The notes under the pieces were generated by a model that saw only the letters and a program-made list of their open reading frames with translations, did not search any database and was not told where the DNA came from. A DNA stretch of 64,000 bases, taken from Paramoeba atlantica (taxonomy: Eukaryota; Protista; Discosea). Of the stretch, positions 53,781 to 64,000 are shown piece by piece (the first letter of the stretch is position 1; each line of letters begins with the position of its first letter). The position numbers and the translations under genes are program-made. Where the stretch lies: positions 186,001 through 250,000 of the forward strand of contig CDRNVI010000007.1 of the NCBI GenBank assembly GCA_977017575.1, read 5' to 3'.

Positions 53781-54420
53781 ATGATGATGATGATGATCTG
53801 GATACCCATTTGGCCTTTGCGGGCTGTGGGCTCTCTACCGCCCACGCGAGGTTGGCCCGACGGCTTGGATGTTAATCTGATGCGTACGACCGGTCCTTGC
53901 GGACCGGTGGGCGAGCCAGCCGTAGCAAGCCACGTCTGGCACTTCACAAAGGACGGGAGTCGGAGACGCAGTGAGGCTAGGCCACACACTGACCAGCGGT
54001 CCCTACGAGAGGGGCAACCAGTCCTCCGCGCGCCTTCAGAGAAGGTGGGAAGGAGTGCTACCCTAGTTGTTTGACACCTTGTTATATTGGTGCTAGGCAG
54101 GTCTTCCACAAAAAATTTCAGACACCCTAGGCATGTAGCGTCTTGTTTTATTGGCGCCGGGTGCTGAAATTTCGAAGTGCCCGATGATGCGGGCGGCGAA
54201 GAGGGCGGTGAAAGGGGTGTCCAACAGGACGGCGAGGAGGGAGGAGGCGAGGAGGGGAACCTCCTCCTGAGTCTTGGCGAGCGAGAAGGGCGGCAGAGAA
54301 AAGGGGTGGCGGGGAGAGCGGCGGTGAGCGCGGTGTGGAGAGTGGTGAATTGCACTTCGGGGAGAAAACCATATTGCCAAAAAGATAACATCTAGTAAAA
54401 CATACGTTTCAAAAAGGTAC
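53781..54420 (-). mobile_element. Retroposed insertion with (ATC)n 3' tail and structured 3' region; candidate 12-bp TSD
   Basis: The minus strand ends ...ccagATCATCATCATCATCAT. It has two GCAA-capped hairpins. AGAATCCAGGTA (53770) and AGAATCTAGGTA (54421) flank it. Confidence 0.55.
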
Positions 54421-54432
54421 AGAATCTAGGTA

Positions 54433-54600
54433 CTGTCACCCCCCCTTTATACTTTCGCCGGTTTCGGTACTTTTGGAACTGTAAAGGGGGGGGTCTGACT
54501 TTCGTAAGTATAAAGGGGGGGTCTTATTTCTTGAAAAATCCGCGAAACAAATGTATTTGAAAAAGGGGCAAAAAACGTTCACCGCTTCGCGGCGCTGGTT
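54433..54600. mobile_element. Left end of a TA-flanked TIR element related to the 6419-8145 family (partner end not found)
   Basis: TA-CTGTCACCCCCCCTTTATAC followed by the same CCGCTTCGCGG hairpin seen near the ends of the other elements. Confidence 0.5.
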
Positions 54601-55940
54601 TTCTATTATTCTTTATTAGGTACTTTAAAGTAACTATTTTTCCCTACCTTTATCTACCTCTATTTTTTTGTCAATGATATGTATGCACTGTAATCGCACT
54701 ATTTCGTTGAAAATTTTCAATGTCTAGACGCTCGGATTGTAATACAGAAAGTCGCGCTAATTTTGTCCAGTCTTATTAGTAATAAGACCTCGTACTAATT
54801 ACCAGGACGTGGAGGCCGGAAAGCGATTCATGAATGCCGGCTCTGTAGTTCACCGGAAATGCGGAACTTTATTTGCGAAAAAAGGCGTTCGGGCCGCACA
54901 CTTTTCTGCCCTGGGCCATATTGAACGAGAAGAGAGTCAGATAGCGCGAGACGGAAAATGCTGTTGCAAATACAGCTTGATACCAAGTCCTATAAGGCGT
55001 TCAAAGGTGTTCGAAACCATGATAAAATGGAAGGGGGTCACGGGGTATCAAACGCGGCCATTCAGGGTCCATTGTTGCAGACACTGGTAATTCCCATGGT
55101 CGAACAATATGTTCAGTACGCGTCTTGTGTTCTGCAAACATTACAAGCTGCAGTCAAGTGGTTGGAGGAAAATTTAGAAGCAGAAACAGGTACATTATAA
55201 CATTGTTCAACAATGTAATCGTTGATATTGCATGGCTTATCAACGACGATTAGGGAAGACCTGGCAGATGTGTTTTCCACGTCTGATGCTGATGAAGCTT
55301 GTTCCTATCTATAACTGCCTGAAAACTATACCTGTGCAAGATTGTTTCCGATGTATTTTACGTAATCAGAAAAACTATTCCCTCCAACAAGGCCTACACT
55401 CCGCGACCCGAACACCCAGACTGCACAGATTCCCTCCCCAAATTGCACTAAAAGTCGACCTCTAAAATTATAGGTACATAAAGTTTTGAAGGTAGTGTAG
55501 GTACTTTATAGTACCTTTATTCTGTTTTCACCTTTGAATCACCACTCCAAGTGGAAGCAAAATCAACTCTTCTTTCCTTTTAGCGAGCACTTAAAGCCAC
55601 AGTAATAGGTCGTGGGGAAGACGTGTGCTTCATAGCTACTAAGTCATGCCTTACGGTCCTTTTGCTAACAAAAATACCTTTTCTTTTCAATTTACCTGCT
55701 ATCTTTCTAGCGCTGCTGTGTATGGGCACTCAAGCAATATCTTTAGGAGAAATAATATCAACTATTTTTTTCCTACGTTTTCTGACTTTTTTTGGGGGTG
55801 TCACATTTTGAATCACATTTTCGTTGGGTATGAACAATTTTGATAGAAACATTGAAATCTCGTGCTAGTCGCTTCTTTGGAATGCCCTCTTGAAAGCGCA
55901 AATGTAACAAGACTTTTCCCACCTGCGTTAATCACCCTTT

Positions 55941-58900
55941 ATAGGGTGACCCGGAGTTTATAGGCGAAGTAACTCGGTCATGTCGCGGAGTAGATTACAA
56001 AGCAAAACAGCGCCCCTTGTTGGTTATTGGAGATTTTAATGCACCTCTAACTTTAGTTACGAACAAGGTTATGGACCCTGCGGCCATATCTCAACTAAAA
56101 GGATTAATGTGTTCCATTGGATGTAAATCTGCGCACTCACTCTGTCCGAGTCGGCGAAAATGGACATGCGAGCTACCATGTCGAGAAAAATCAAGCCAAA
56201 AGAACGGCACATCTGTGGAAGGAAAAAATTTATACAAGAAAGTGAATGAAAATGCACAACAAAAGAAGACAGAAAATGAAGATAAAACCTCAACTAGTAG
56301 CACTACGCTTCAACAAATGCGAATGAAGAACAAAGGAAACCGAATCAAGAGGCAGCTCGATCATATTTTAGTTAGCGATCGGTTTTCTTCAAGCGTTTGT
56401 GCTCATAAAGTTCTTAAAGCACCCATTCCTACAACGCATTGCCTTGTCGTGGCAAATGTTCATATCAAGTGGCGCTCTGGAGGACGAAAAGGGCCAGAAA
56501 GGGTTCCTTGGGCCCAATTGAGGGATGAGAAACGGAGGCTGATGTTTAAACAAAAGGTTTGGGAGACTACTGAAAAGGAATCATCTATAACGTGGGATAA
56601 CTTATCCGATGCGATGATAAGCACATGCAAATCAATTTCACGAATGAGAACGGAAGACGCAAAAGAGGCGGACACAGTGCAGAGCCACGAAAACAAACCA
56701 GACGACGAACAAGCTCTGCCTAGGAGTGTACGAGATCTTTTTCTACAAAGTCGTAAACCACAACATTTCGAGAAAATGATTCAGACTCATAGGCACGAAA
56801 TAGAGGACGAAATATCACGGGAATGTAATGAAATTGAGTCTGGACTTCGTAGTAACAGATCCAATCCATGGCGTACACTACGACGAATTTGTGGATTATA
56901 CAGGAAAGCGTTCAGTATCGACACTTCCTCGACACGAGAAACGTTAAAAATTGTACGAGACTTTTTCGCCAGAATGGGTGACGGCGATCGCGGAAATTCG
57001 ACAATCAAATTCGATGATGCTCCTCATTCACCGATTGAAGTAAATGACTCACCGTTCAGTGAAGAAGAGCTTACATCTTGTGTACAGAGACTGGCCCGCA
57101 ACAAAGCCCCGGGAATGGATCAAATACCAGCGGAAGTGCTCATAATCATGGTTGAGCACGATGAGCTTAGAAGAACCCTTCTCAATATTATCAACAGCGT
57201 ACATGAAACGGGTGTTTCACCTGATTGCTGGAAATTTATCCTACAGGTACCTATACCAAAGAAGGGTGATTTATCACAAATCGCGAACTGGCGCCCTATC
57301 TGCCTAGCCAATAGTATTGTAAAGCTCATGAACTGCATGATACTGCAGCGGATTCGCCCCTCGATTGAACCGATACTCCGTGATAGCCAATTTGGGTTTC
57401 GCCCTGAACGCTCCACTGCAGGGGCGCAGATTTTCCTTAACGAGACGAAGGTTAGGGCGTGCAGGGATAAGTCTGGAGTTGCAGTCGCGTTCCTTGACTT
57501 TGCGAAGGCGTTTCCATCTGTTTCTTTCAATGCTTTACATGCTGCGCTGGTAGCTTTTCGCGTAGGGAAAAACTTAATTCGCATGATAATGTCGCTCTAC
57601 AGTGGGCTGCGAGGGATCGTTCGAACACCTTTTGGAGACACGGCATCATTTTCAATCCATACGGGTATTCTTCAAGGAGATGTTTTAGCCCCGTATCTAT
57701 TCGTTCTCGTGGTGGATCGTATTTTTCATCGCGCTCTGGATAATAAACCTTTCGGTGTTCTTCTGAAGAGCAAGGGAACTAAAAGCAGGGGTCTTCAGGA
57801 GACTCGGCTCACGGACATTAATTATGCAGATGACATTGCTCTTCTCGCCACGACGAAGGGGGATCTATCCCGGATGATAGAAGCAACATCGGATGAGTCT
57901 AAGCAGGCTAATCTTAGAATCGCCGTAGGGCCTACCAAAACTGCCTGGATGGCCTTCGGTAAGGTTCCAGGGGGGACTCGTGATCTTCGGGCGGGCCAAA
58001 TGGGAAAAATTCCTCTTGTTGACTCTTACCGCTATCTGGGAAACATTCAGGATTCAGGCGTTTCTTCGCCAGTAAAAGACCGCTTAAGGCTCACCTGGGC
58101 CGCATTTCGGAAGCTCAAGGGCATTTGGGACTCGCCACTGAGTGCATCAACAAAACTGCGTTTGTTTGATTGCCTCGTTTATCCAATCATGACCTTTGGT
58201 GCCGCTTCGCTTTCCATATCCAACAAAATGCTTCGGCAAACAGAAGTTGAGCTCAATATGATGCGAAGATTTTGCTGTAATTGTGCTAAATTGGACGAGT
58301 TTGGACACTGCTACCCTATCGAGTCACTTTATTGCGGCACTCCTCGTTTCTCCACCGTACATCGCGTTAGTCGGGCTAAAATTGTTGGTCACATTCTAAG
58401 GCACTCATTCATGTTTCGAGATCTTATCCAGTGGAAATGCAGCGATAGGAAACGAAATCTCTCACCAAGCGAAGCTTGCTTTCACGATCTGGACATTACC
58501 GAAGAACAAGCCCTCGTATACGCTCAGGATCGAGATCACTGGAAAAAGTTATGTGAAGATTTAAAGGTAGCACTCGAACCGCTTCCGGATTACGAAAGAC
58601 TCTCTTCTCCTAGATGGAAAAGTAAACATGCCCACGCCTTGAAGCAAGATACGCCTTACGATTTGCAATTTGTCGAAGAAAGTTCTGATCCTTTTCCATT
58701 AAAAGATGATGAGGTTCACTTCTATATTGATGGTTCAGTCCGTGCCTTGCGGGTGACAAACGAGATCAGAGCAGGTGCTGGAATTGTTGTGCTTCAACGA
58801 TGGACAACCGATAAATGTTTTTCCTTAACACTAGATGTTGATAGTGCCGAGCAAGCTGAGGCTGAATCTTTTCGAGAGGCGCTTAAAAGAATACCGGACG

Positions 58901-59560
58901 GAGCAAAAGATATCGTAGTACACACAGATTCGTTCTATGTGTGGAACTTCTTTCATCATGTTCGCATTCGGAGACGGGTAATAGGGTATGACCGCGTCGT
59001 CAACAGAAACATTCTACAAGATATAGATCATCAGGTGCGGAAACTAAAATCTCAGAATGTTAATTTGTATGTGTGCAAAGTTAAATCTCATAATGGGAAC
59101 GAATATAACGACAAAGCTGATGTCTTGGCTCTTTCGGCGTCACGAAGGCCGTTAAAATCACAAGAGGCAAAGAGGTTGAAGACGACAAAAGCTCCTTCTT
59201 CTTCTTCTTCTGACCCAATATCCTCGCCAGAAGCGACACTCATATTGCGCCCAAGAAGGAATGTTGACACTATTTCATCCAAACGCAAGAATAACACTAC
59301 TGCAAGTGGGGCTCTATCCAAAAAGGGTAGCTTACTGTCTGGAGAGCCTGGAGTGAAACCGTCTGAAAAAACGAATGCTATGATCCTGAATAGGCCTGAT
59401 GTCGGTAAAGAAAAAAGTTGCAAGGGAAATAGGGAGTCTGATAAGATCGTGGAAACAAAGGGAAAGAAGTCTCCCAAGAGAAAGAAGGCTTCACGAAAAT
59501 TAGAACAGTAGTATCTTTAATCGGTTTTTAACCGATCTATTAGGATAGGATAGGATAGGA
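55941..59560 (+). mobile_element. 5'-truncated APE-RT-RNase H non-LTR retrotransposon with (TAGGA)4 tail and 10-11-bp TSD
   Basis: ATCACCCTTT at 55931-55940 and 59561-59570 flanks the element. The tail is at 59541-59560. Confidence 0.92.
56017..59511 (+). CDS. Retrotransposon ORF: C-terminal half of APE, RT (YADD) and RNase H
   Basis: VIGDFNA, QLDHILV, KAPGMDQI, NWRPICL, QFGFR, DFAKAFPSV, GILQGDVLAP, YADDI, YRYLG and AQDRDHW motifs. RNase H: YIDGS, AEQAE, HTDS, KVKSHNGNEYNDKAD. Confidence 0.93.
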   Translation: MLVIGDFNAPLTLVTNKVMDPAAISQLKGLMCSIGCKSAHSLCPSRRKWTCELPCREKSSQKNGTSVEGKNLYKKVNENAQQKKTENEDKTSTSSTTLQQMRMKNKGNRIKRQLDHILVSDRFSSSVCAHKVLKAPIPTTHCLVVANVHIKWRSGGRKGPERVPWAQLRDEKRRLMFKQKVWETTEKESSITWDNLSDAMISTCKSISRMRTEDAKEADTVQSHENKPDDEQALPRSVRDLFLQSRKPQHFEKMIQTHRHEIEDEISRECNEIESGLRSNRSNPWRTLRRICGLYRKAFSIDTSSTRETLKIVRDFFARMGDGDRGNSTIKFDDAPHSPIEVNDSPFSEEELTSCVQRLARNKAPGMDQIPAEVLIIMVEHDELRRTLLNIINSVHETGVSPDCWKFILQVPIPKKGDLSQIANWRPICLANSIVKLMNCMILQRIRPSIEPILRDSQFGFRPERSTAGAQIFLNETKVRACRDKSGVAVAFLDFAKAFPSVSFNALHAALVAFRVGKNLIRMIMSLYSGLRGIVRTPFGDTASFSIHTGILQGDVLAPYLFVLVVDRIFHRALDNKPFGVLLKSKGTKSRGLQETRLTDINYADDIALLATTKGDLSRMIEATSDESKQANLRIAVGPTKTAWMAFGKVPGGTRDLRAGQMGKIPLVDSYRYLGNIQDSGVSSPVKDRLRLTWAAFRKLKGIWDSPLSASTKLRLFDCLVYPIMTFGAASLSISNKMLRQTEVELNMMRRFCCNCAKLDEFGHCYPIESLYCGTPRFSTVHRVSRAKIVGHILRHSFMFRDLIQWKCSDRKRNLSPSEACFHDLDITEEQALVYAQDRDHWKKLCEDLKVALEPLPDYERLSSPRWKSKHAHALKQDTPYDLQFVEESSDPFPLKDDEVHFYIDGSVRALRVTNEIRAGAGIVVLQRWTTDKCFSLTLDVDSAEQAEAESFREALKRIPDGAKDIVVHTDSFYVWNFFHHVRIRRRVIGYDRVVNRNILQDIDHQVRKLKSQNVNLYVCKVKSHNGNEYNDKADVLALSASRRPLKSQEAKRLKTTKAPSSSSSDPISSPEATLILRPRRNVDTISSKRKNNTTASGALSKKGSLLSGEPGVKPSEKTNAMILNRPDVGKEKSCKGNRESDKIVETKGKKSPKRKKASRKLEQ

Positions 59561-59725
59561 ATCACCCTTTTGGAAGACGGTACTTGGATTTCATCATGGA
59601 AAAAAAAATTGTGTCAGGTTATTTTTGAAAAAACATACTTTTTATACTTTGAAAGTAGCTAGAAACAGCGGGAACGTGTAGATATTAAAATTGTGAAAGT
59701 GGTGTCATAAACCCCCTAGGCCCCT

Positions 59726-60973
59726 TCATGAAAAAAGTGAGAGGGCATACTTGTTCGTGTCCCGATGTTTATATAAACTATATAAAGTTATTCGGACCCC
59801 TGGCTTGAGCCCCCCGAGCGCTGTCGCCACTCCCACCATGCGCTGAAGCGCGCTCAAAAATCTCATCAATGCCATGCTTCTCCTTAACATGGCAGACTGC
59901 GCCGGAAATCGCATCAAGGTTCTCGGACCGCAAGGTGACCCCCATACGTTTCATTAAACAGGGGCTTAGAAACGCTTGGTGAGCGTGTCCGATTCCTGAA
60001 ATTGAGTCAGGGACCAAGTTCGGAAGACCGTCGGGCATAGGTAATCAAAAGTAAAATAGGATAATAACTTTCAGCCTCCTTGAAAACAAAACCATTTCAT
60101 TTTGTTGGCTGCGTGCTTAGCTTTTATTCACTTGATGATCACAATGAATTATGTGATTGTCCTTTTCTATTGACGAACGATAGACAAAATGATGCAGCGA
60201 CCATGAAATCGTCGCAAACCACGGAGTACTGAAAAGCGCACATCAAATCAAAATACATGACAAAATCTCCAGCTCCATGGAGGCTGGGTTGCTCATTTTT
60301 TAACAACACGTGGCGGGAAGCGCGAATGCACTGTCGCACATGACTGCTTACCTCGTGTGTTTCTAGATATCACGTATGACTATGCCATAAATATTTGCAC
60401 CTTTATGAGCCCACAGGCTCCTTGTCTTGTACCTGATGAGCCCAAAGGCTACACATGCAGCGTTATGTGCAGAATCCACTAATGTTAGAACCTTATGAGC
60501 CTCTTGTCTATGTTCGTTGCGATGTTCGAAATCGCACCGAAACACCCCTCAAATGATGGGCAAAGTGATACAGCGACCACGAAAACAACTCCGAACAAAA
60601 GCATATTATTTTTCACATCTATAATTTTTAGTCGAAAAATTCGGGAAGGCATTTATAGAAACGAATAAAGGGGAGTACAAAGTGGTTTCCGTGAAATTTA
60701 TGTAAAAAAGTCACAAATGTTGGATCCTTAGAGCTTTATCCAGTGCTTCTACCCTCCGTCGCCAGCAATAGCATCCCAAATCATTACTTTCGTTGGGTGA
60801 TGCGTCCTTGATTTATGCACAATGTCAGTCGGACTTTGCCAAGCACCTCTGGACATGTCCCCCGCTTCCATAAGAATAATCTTCCAAAAGAATAACCACC
60901 GTAGTAGAGCAAAGCACGCAATCGAAAACGTGGAATTATCAGTCGGCCGTTGCTCATTTCTACGAAAGGGCAC
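59726..60973 (-). pseudogene. Highly degenerate Tc1/mariner-like transposase remnant
   Basis: FWKIIL...HPTKVMIWDAIAGDG resembles the Tc1 HP.KVMVWG.I...G motif, and ..RM...ATALGG is a possible C-terminal motif. Many stops and frameshifts. Confidence 0.35.
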
Positions 60974-61947
60974 CCCAGACAGTTAAGAATCTTCTCAGAC
61001 TGAGAAGAAAGACTATTGCTAATCAATTCTTCAACCACTAGATCATAATTTTTTTGGGGTGAGATTTTCTCGTAGGGGATAGAGCTCGCGCGAGATGAAA
61101 CATCCCCTTTTATTCGTGAGATAAAATCTAAAGAACTTTCATCTTCACCGCGTTCGATGTTACATGCTACTTGGCCATATGCTACAAGACCCTCCCCATC
61201 ACTCCACTCATCTTCACTAATAAGAGATTTATCGCTTGAATCTACCGAGAAATCACTCAAAGTCCAATCCGGGTCATCACCGAGTGAGCATGGTGTTGAT
61301 ATGCTCAGATCTGAAATTGAGCTAGCATCAGAGCGAGGGGAAATACAGTAACTTGACTCCTCGTCCCATTGCAATGACATGTTCCAAGAAAGTAAAGAAA
61401 AAAACGAAATTTGGCAATTCTACAACAAAACACATTTTGCGTTTGATGGTATCAATTTCTTACTCTATCGGATGCTTCAAATACATATGAACGCATGCTT
61501 CAAATACGTATGAGTAAAGACAAGCTTTTCTTTCACGATTCGAAGAGTTTTAAAAAAATCGTTTTTTAGCCGTTCATCTGGACGAAAGGCGTCATATAAG
61601 TAAATATAACAAAGTAAATATAATAGTGTAAATATTTATTACCAAAAAAAATTATTAGTATCTTAACCGCGCTTGGCGACAAACTCATCGTATTTTTCCT
61701 TTCTAGAGGAGGCTCGCGCCTATCCTTTGAGGTACGTGTATAAATAATTAAACAAAACATACACTTGTAAGAATGGTTCAAAAAATGCTGAACGACCCTG
61801 TACGCGAAATTGCTTCTCATAACAAGTATACAAGTTCGTCTTCGTACACGTCCTCAACTCTAACCCTTCTACTCCGTCCTATTTCTATTCCTCTACAAGC
61901 TTTTTTTTTCATTTCCTCATACTCCATGCTTACCCCCATCCCCCACA

Positions 61948-63480
61948 ATGTCCCGCACAACTAACCCCCCTCCTCCCCTCCTCCCCCTCCTCCTCCTCCT
62001 CCTCTCCCCCTTCTTCTTCTCCTTCTTCTTCTTCTTCTCCCCCCACCCCTCCCCTCCCCCCCTCCCCCCCTGCCACGCCCTCGACAGCCCCCCGGACCCC
62101 TGGATCGCCCAGCCCTCCCCGTTCCGCGCCGACACCCTCTCCCCGAGCTTCGTGGCCTACCGCAGCGGGGGCCGGCGCCAGACGCCGCTGCCGGTGATCC
62201 GGTCCCACCGGCACCCCCCGGCCCCCCCGGGGCTCCACGGGGGCCCCCCCGAGGGGGCCGGGACCCTCGAGGAGTCCTACGTCCCCGCGGCCCCCCTGGA
62301 GCGGCACTACGTGTTCGCGCTGGAGGGGGGCGCCGGGGCCGCGGGGGGGCTGCCGGGGCTGCGCGGGGAGGGCTCCAAGCCCCCGTGGGTGTGTGCCGCG
62401 ACCCCGGAGTACCGGATCTGCCCCGAGGGGGGGCCGATGGGGTCGTTTTATGCGTTTGAGCGCCCGGGGAGGTATGGTGAAGGGGGGGAGAGGGGGGGTG
62501 AAAAGGCAAGGGCGTGGCCAGGGGAGGTGCGTAGGTATGTGGAGGAAGTGGGGAAATATCGGGAGAGGCGTGGTGGGGGGGAGTTGGTAAAGGAGGATGA
62601 GGGGTGGAGCTCAGGGTATGGGTTTTCGTTGTTGAATGCGTTGGGTAAGAGGGAAGAAATAGAGCCATTAGACGATAGTAGAGAGAAAGATCTTCCCGAG
62701 GTACCGAAAGGTCGGGTAGCACAAGTTGATACGAAGGCGTGTGTGTTGCACCTGCGACATCATGGATACGCAACCCCCCTTAAGTATCCCAGGTTACAGA
62801 ACGAGGTGGTAACTCAGTTTCTGGCTCGCAGAAAGCCTCACTTGCTTCAAAACGCGGAGAAATACGGGTACGACTCCTGGGACGAATGGTTGTCGCTGAC
62901 TGCACGTGATCAGGATTACAATGCGCAATACTCACAATTGGTTCCTAATGATAATTACGAGAGTGATAAACTTTTGGAGGAGATGACTCAACTCAGAATG
63001 TACTATGGAGATGCGGTAGTGCGCGATGCGAGCAAGTTCGAAATTCACGCTGGTGGTTACCTTTCTATGCCGTTTGATGAGTCCGAATTCACAGATTCTG
63101 ACATGAATGAGGTAGGGCGTTTACTTGACGAATATGGCGGTAATGGAATATTGCTTCCTTGTGTGCCCTCCTATACTCGCAAAATGAAAATGCGTCACGC
63201 AAGGGCAAAGAACCCAGGTGTGATTGTCTCTTCTTCAAACCAACCTTTGCGAGAAACACAACATTCTGCAAGTTTTGAGCTTGCTTTTGGTTCTTACGAA
63301 AGCAGCTATGAACATTTGCTCGATGAAGTTGAGATGTGCCAACCAGCTTTTTACGAAATCGTCGATAGGATGCAGGAGCGAAAATTTGGAACAAGGAACG
63401 GAGCTGACCAAAAGAAGAGTATTCGAGAAATACTTCGTACAGGAGTTTGGTGTCCATGTCATGATTCTAGGAGTGAGTAA
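61948..63480 (+). CDS. Hypothetical protein with N-terminal hydrophobic anchor, Pro/Gly-rich region and globular C-terminal domain
   Basis: 510-aa ORF on the cluster strand, with LLPLLLLLLSPFFFSFFFFF near the N-terminus and a complex-composition C-terminal half. Confidence 0.75.
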   Translation: MSRTTNPPPPLLPLLLLLLSPFFFSFFFFFSPHPSPPPLPPCHALDSPPDPWIAQPSPFRADTLSPSFVAYRSGGRRQTPLPVIRSHRHPPAPPGLHGGPPEGAGTLEESYVPAAPLERHYVFALEGGAGAAGGLPGLRGEGSKPPWVCAATPEYRICPEGGPMGSFYAFERPGRYGEGGERGGEKARAWPGEVRRYVEEVGKYRERRGGGELVKEDEGWSSGYGFSLLNALGKREEIEPLDDSREKDLPEVPKGRVAQVDTKACVLHLRHHGYATPLKYPRLQNEVVTQFLARRKPHLLQNAEKYGYDSWDEWLSLTARDQDYNAQYSQLVPNDNYESDKLLEEMTQLRMYYGDAVVRDASKFEIHAGGYLSMPFDESEFTDSDMNEVGRLLDEYGGNGILLPCVPSYTRKMKMRHARAKNPGVIVSSSNQPLRETQHSASFELAFGSYESSYEHLLDEVEMCQPAFYEIVDRMQERKFGTRNGADQKKSIREILRTGVWCPCHDSRSE

Positions 63481-64000
63481 ACTACGTGTCCTTACGCATA
63501 ATCGATATGGGCAGTACGCATGACCATGATGTAGTATAGTATGGCCATGATTACATACACAAGTATCTGATGGGCAATGTGTCGGGGGTACGTATTGCGA
63601 GCTTCCACGTGTGGGTACGTCCGTATCTTATTTCACGGATTTCTTGCACTCATTTTTGTACATAGGATACTATTCGATGTCGTTTTTCGCAGTCGACTCA
63701 CTGTAGCATAAAATATGCACCGTACTTCAGCTGCACTGGACTTTAATGATCAAGCATACTCTTTTTTCCTCACTGAGGAATTCTACGACAACTAGTCGAA
63801 CGTTTCCGCGTCAACCCCAAGTGAAGGTTTACTGTATAGAAGTAAGAATCGGTAGAACAGTTCATAAAAGTTTTGTGGTAAAACTTATTTGAGTTCTTGC
63901 TGATTTCTCAAGTAGAATGAAGCAGATGATAAATATTGTATGCTTTCGTGCGACTTCTTGAGCGTACCTAATGTACGCCCTTTTGTGAGATGTGAATTAA

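Noticed and set aside
53800-53960. HDV-like ribozyme on the minus strand around CCA-ACCTCGCG-TGG
   Set aside because: P1.1, J4/2 and P2 could not be assigned consistently, and the position next to a 3' tail is atypical.
54809-55843. Short ORFs after the 54433 TIR end as a transposase
   Set aside because: No HTH or DDE motif is recognisable, so they were left unassigned.
61961-62773. Long antisense or alternative-frame ORFs in the GC-skew islands (also 20068-20454, 26227-26691, 30259-31038)
   Set aside because: These are shadow ORFs caused by stop-poor GC-rich sequence opposite real genes.

Overview
This is eukaryotic nuclear DNA with about 17 intronless host genes, all on the + strand: BCAT, an FG-nucleoporin-like protein, TSR3, XPG/RAD2, PRP19, a RING-H2 protein, a HIBADH-like dehydrogenase, FCF2, a dsRBD-like protein, a type-I DnaJ, mitochondrial EF-Ts, a P4-ATPase, RRP46, two LRR proteins and two unknowns. 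This layout resembles a kinetoplastid polycistronic cluster; a Perkinsela-like protist is my inference, not a database result. The intergenic DNA is crowded with mobile elements. There are three different non-LTR retrotransposon types: CRE-like, APE-RT-RNaseH with an intact target-site duplication (TSD), and an RLE-type element. At least six TA-flanked elements with terminal inverted repeats (TIRs) are present, one of them nested three levels deep. Two copies of a 27-bp palindromic minisatellite module also occur. The strongest leads are: (1) an RLE retrotransposon family whose N-terminus is an array of Mer3/HFM1-type zinc fingers rather than C2H2/Myb modules, with one in-frame TAG before the endonuclease and a spliced-leader-like 18-mer just upstream; (2) recurrent C-rich-to-G-rich skew flips written over coding sequence; (3) a near-canonical HDV-like ribozyme fold at 1295-1367; (4) a pogo-like element carrying a Ulp1-like protease motif. 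All family calls come from motif recognition by eye; no searches were run.
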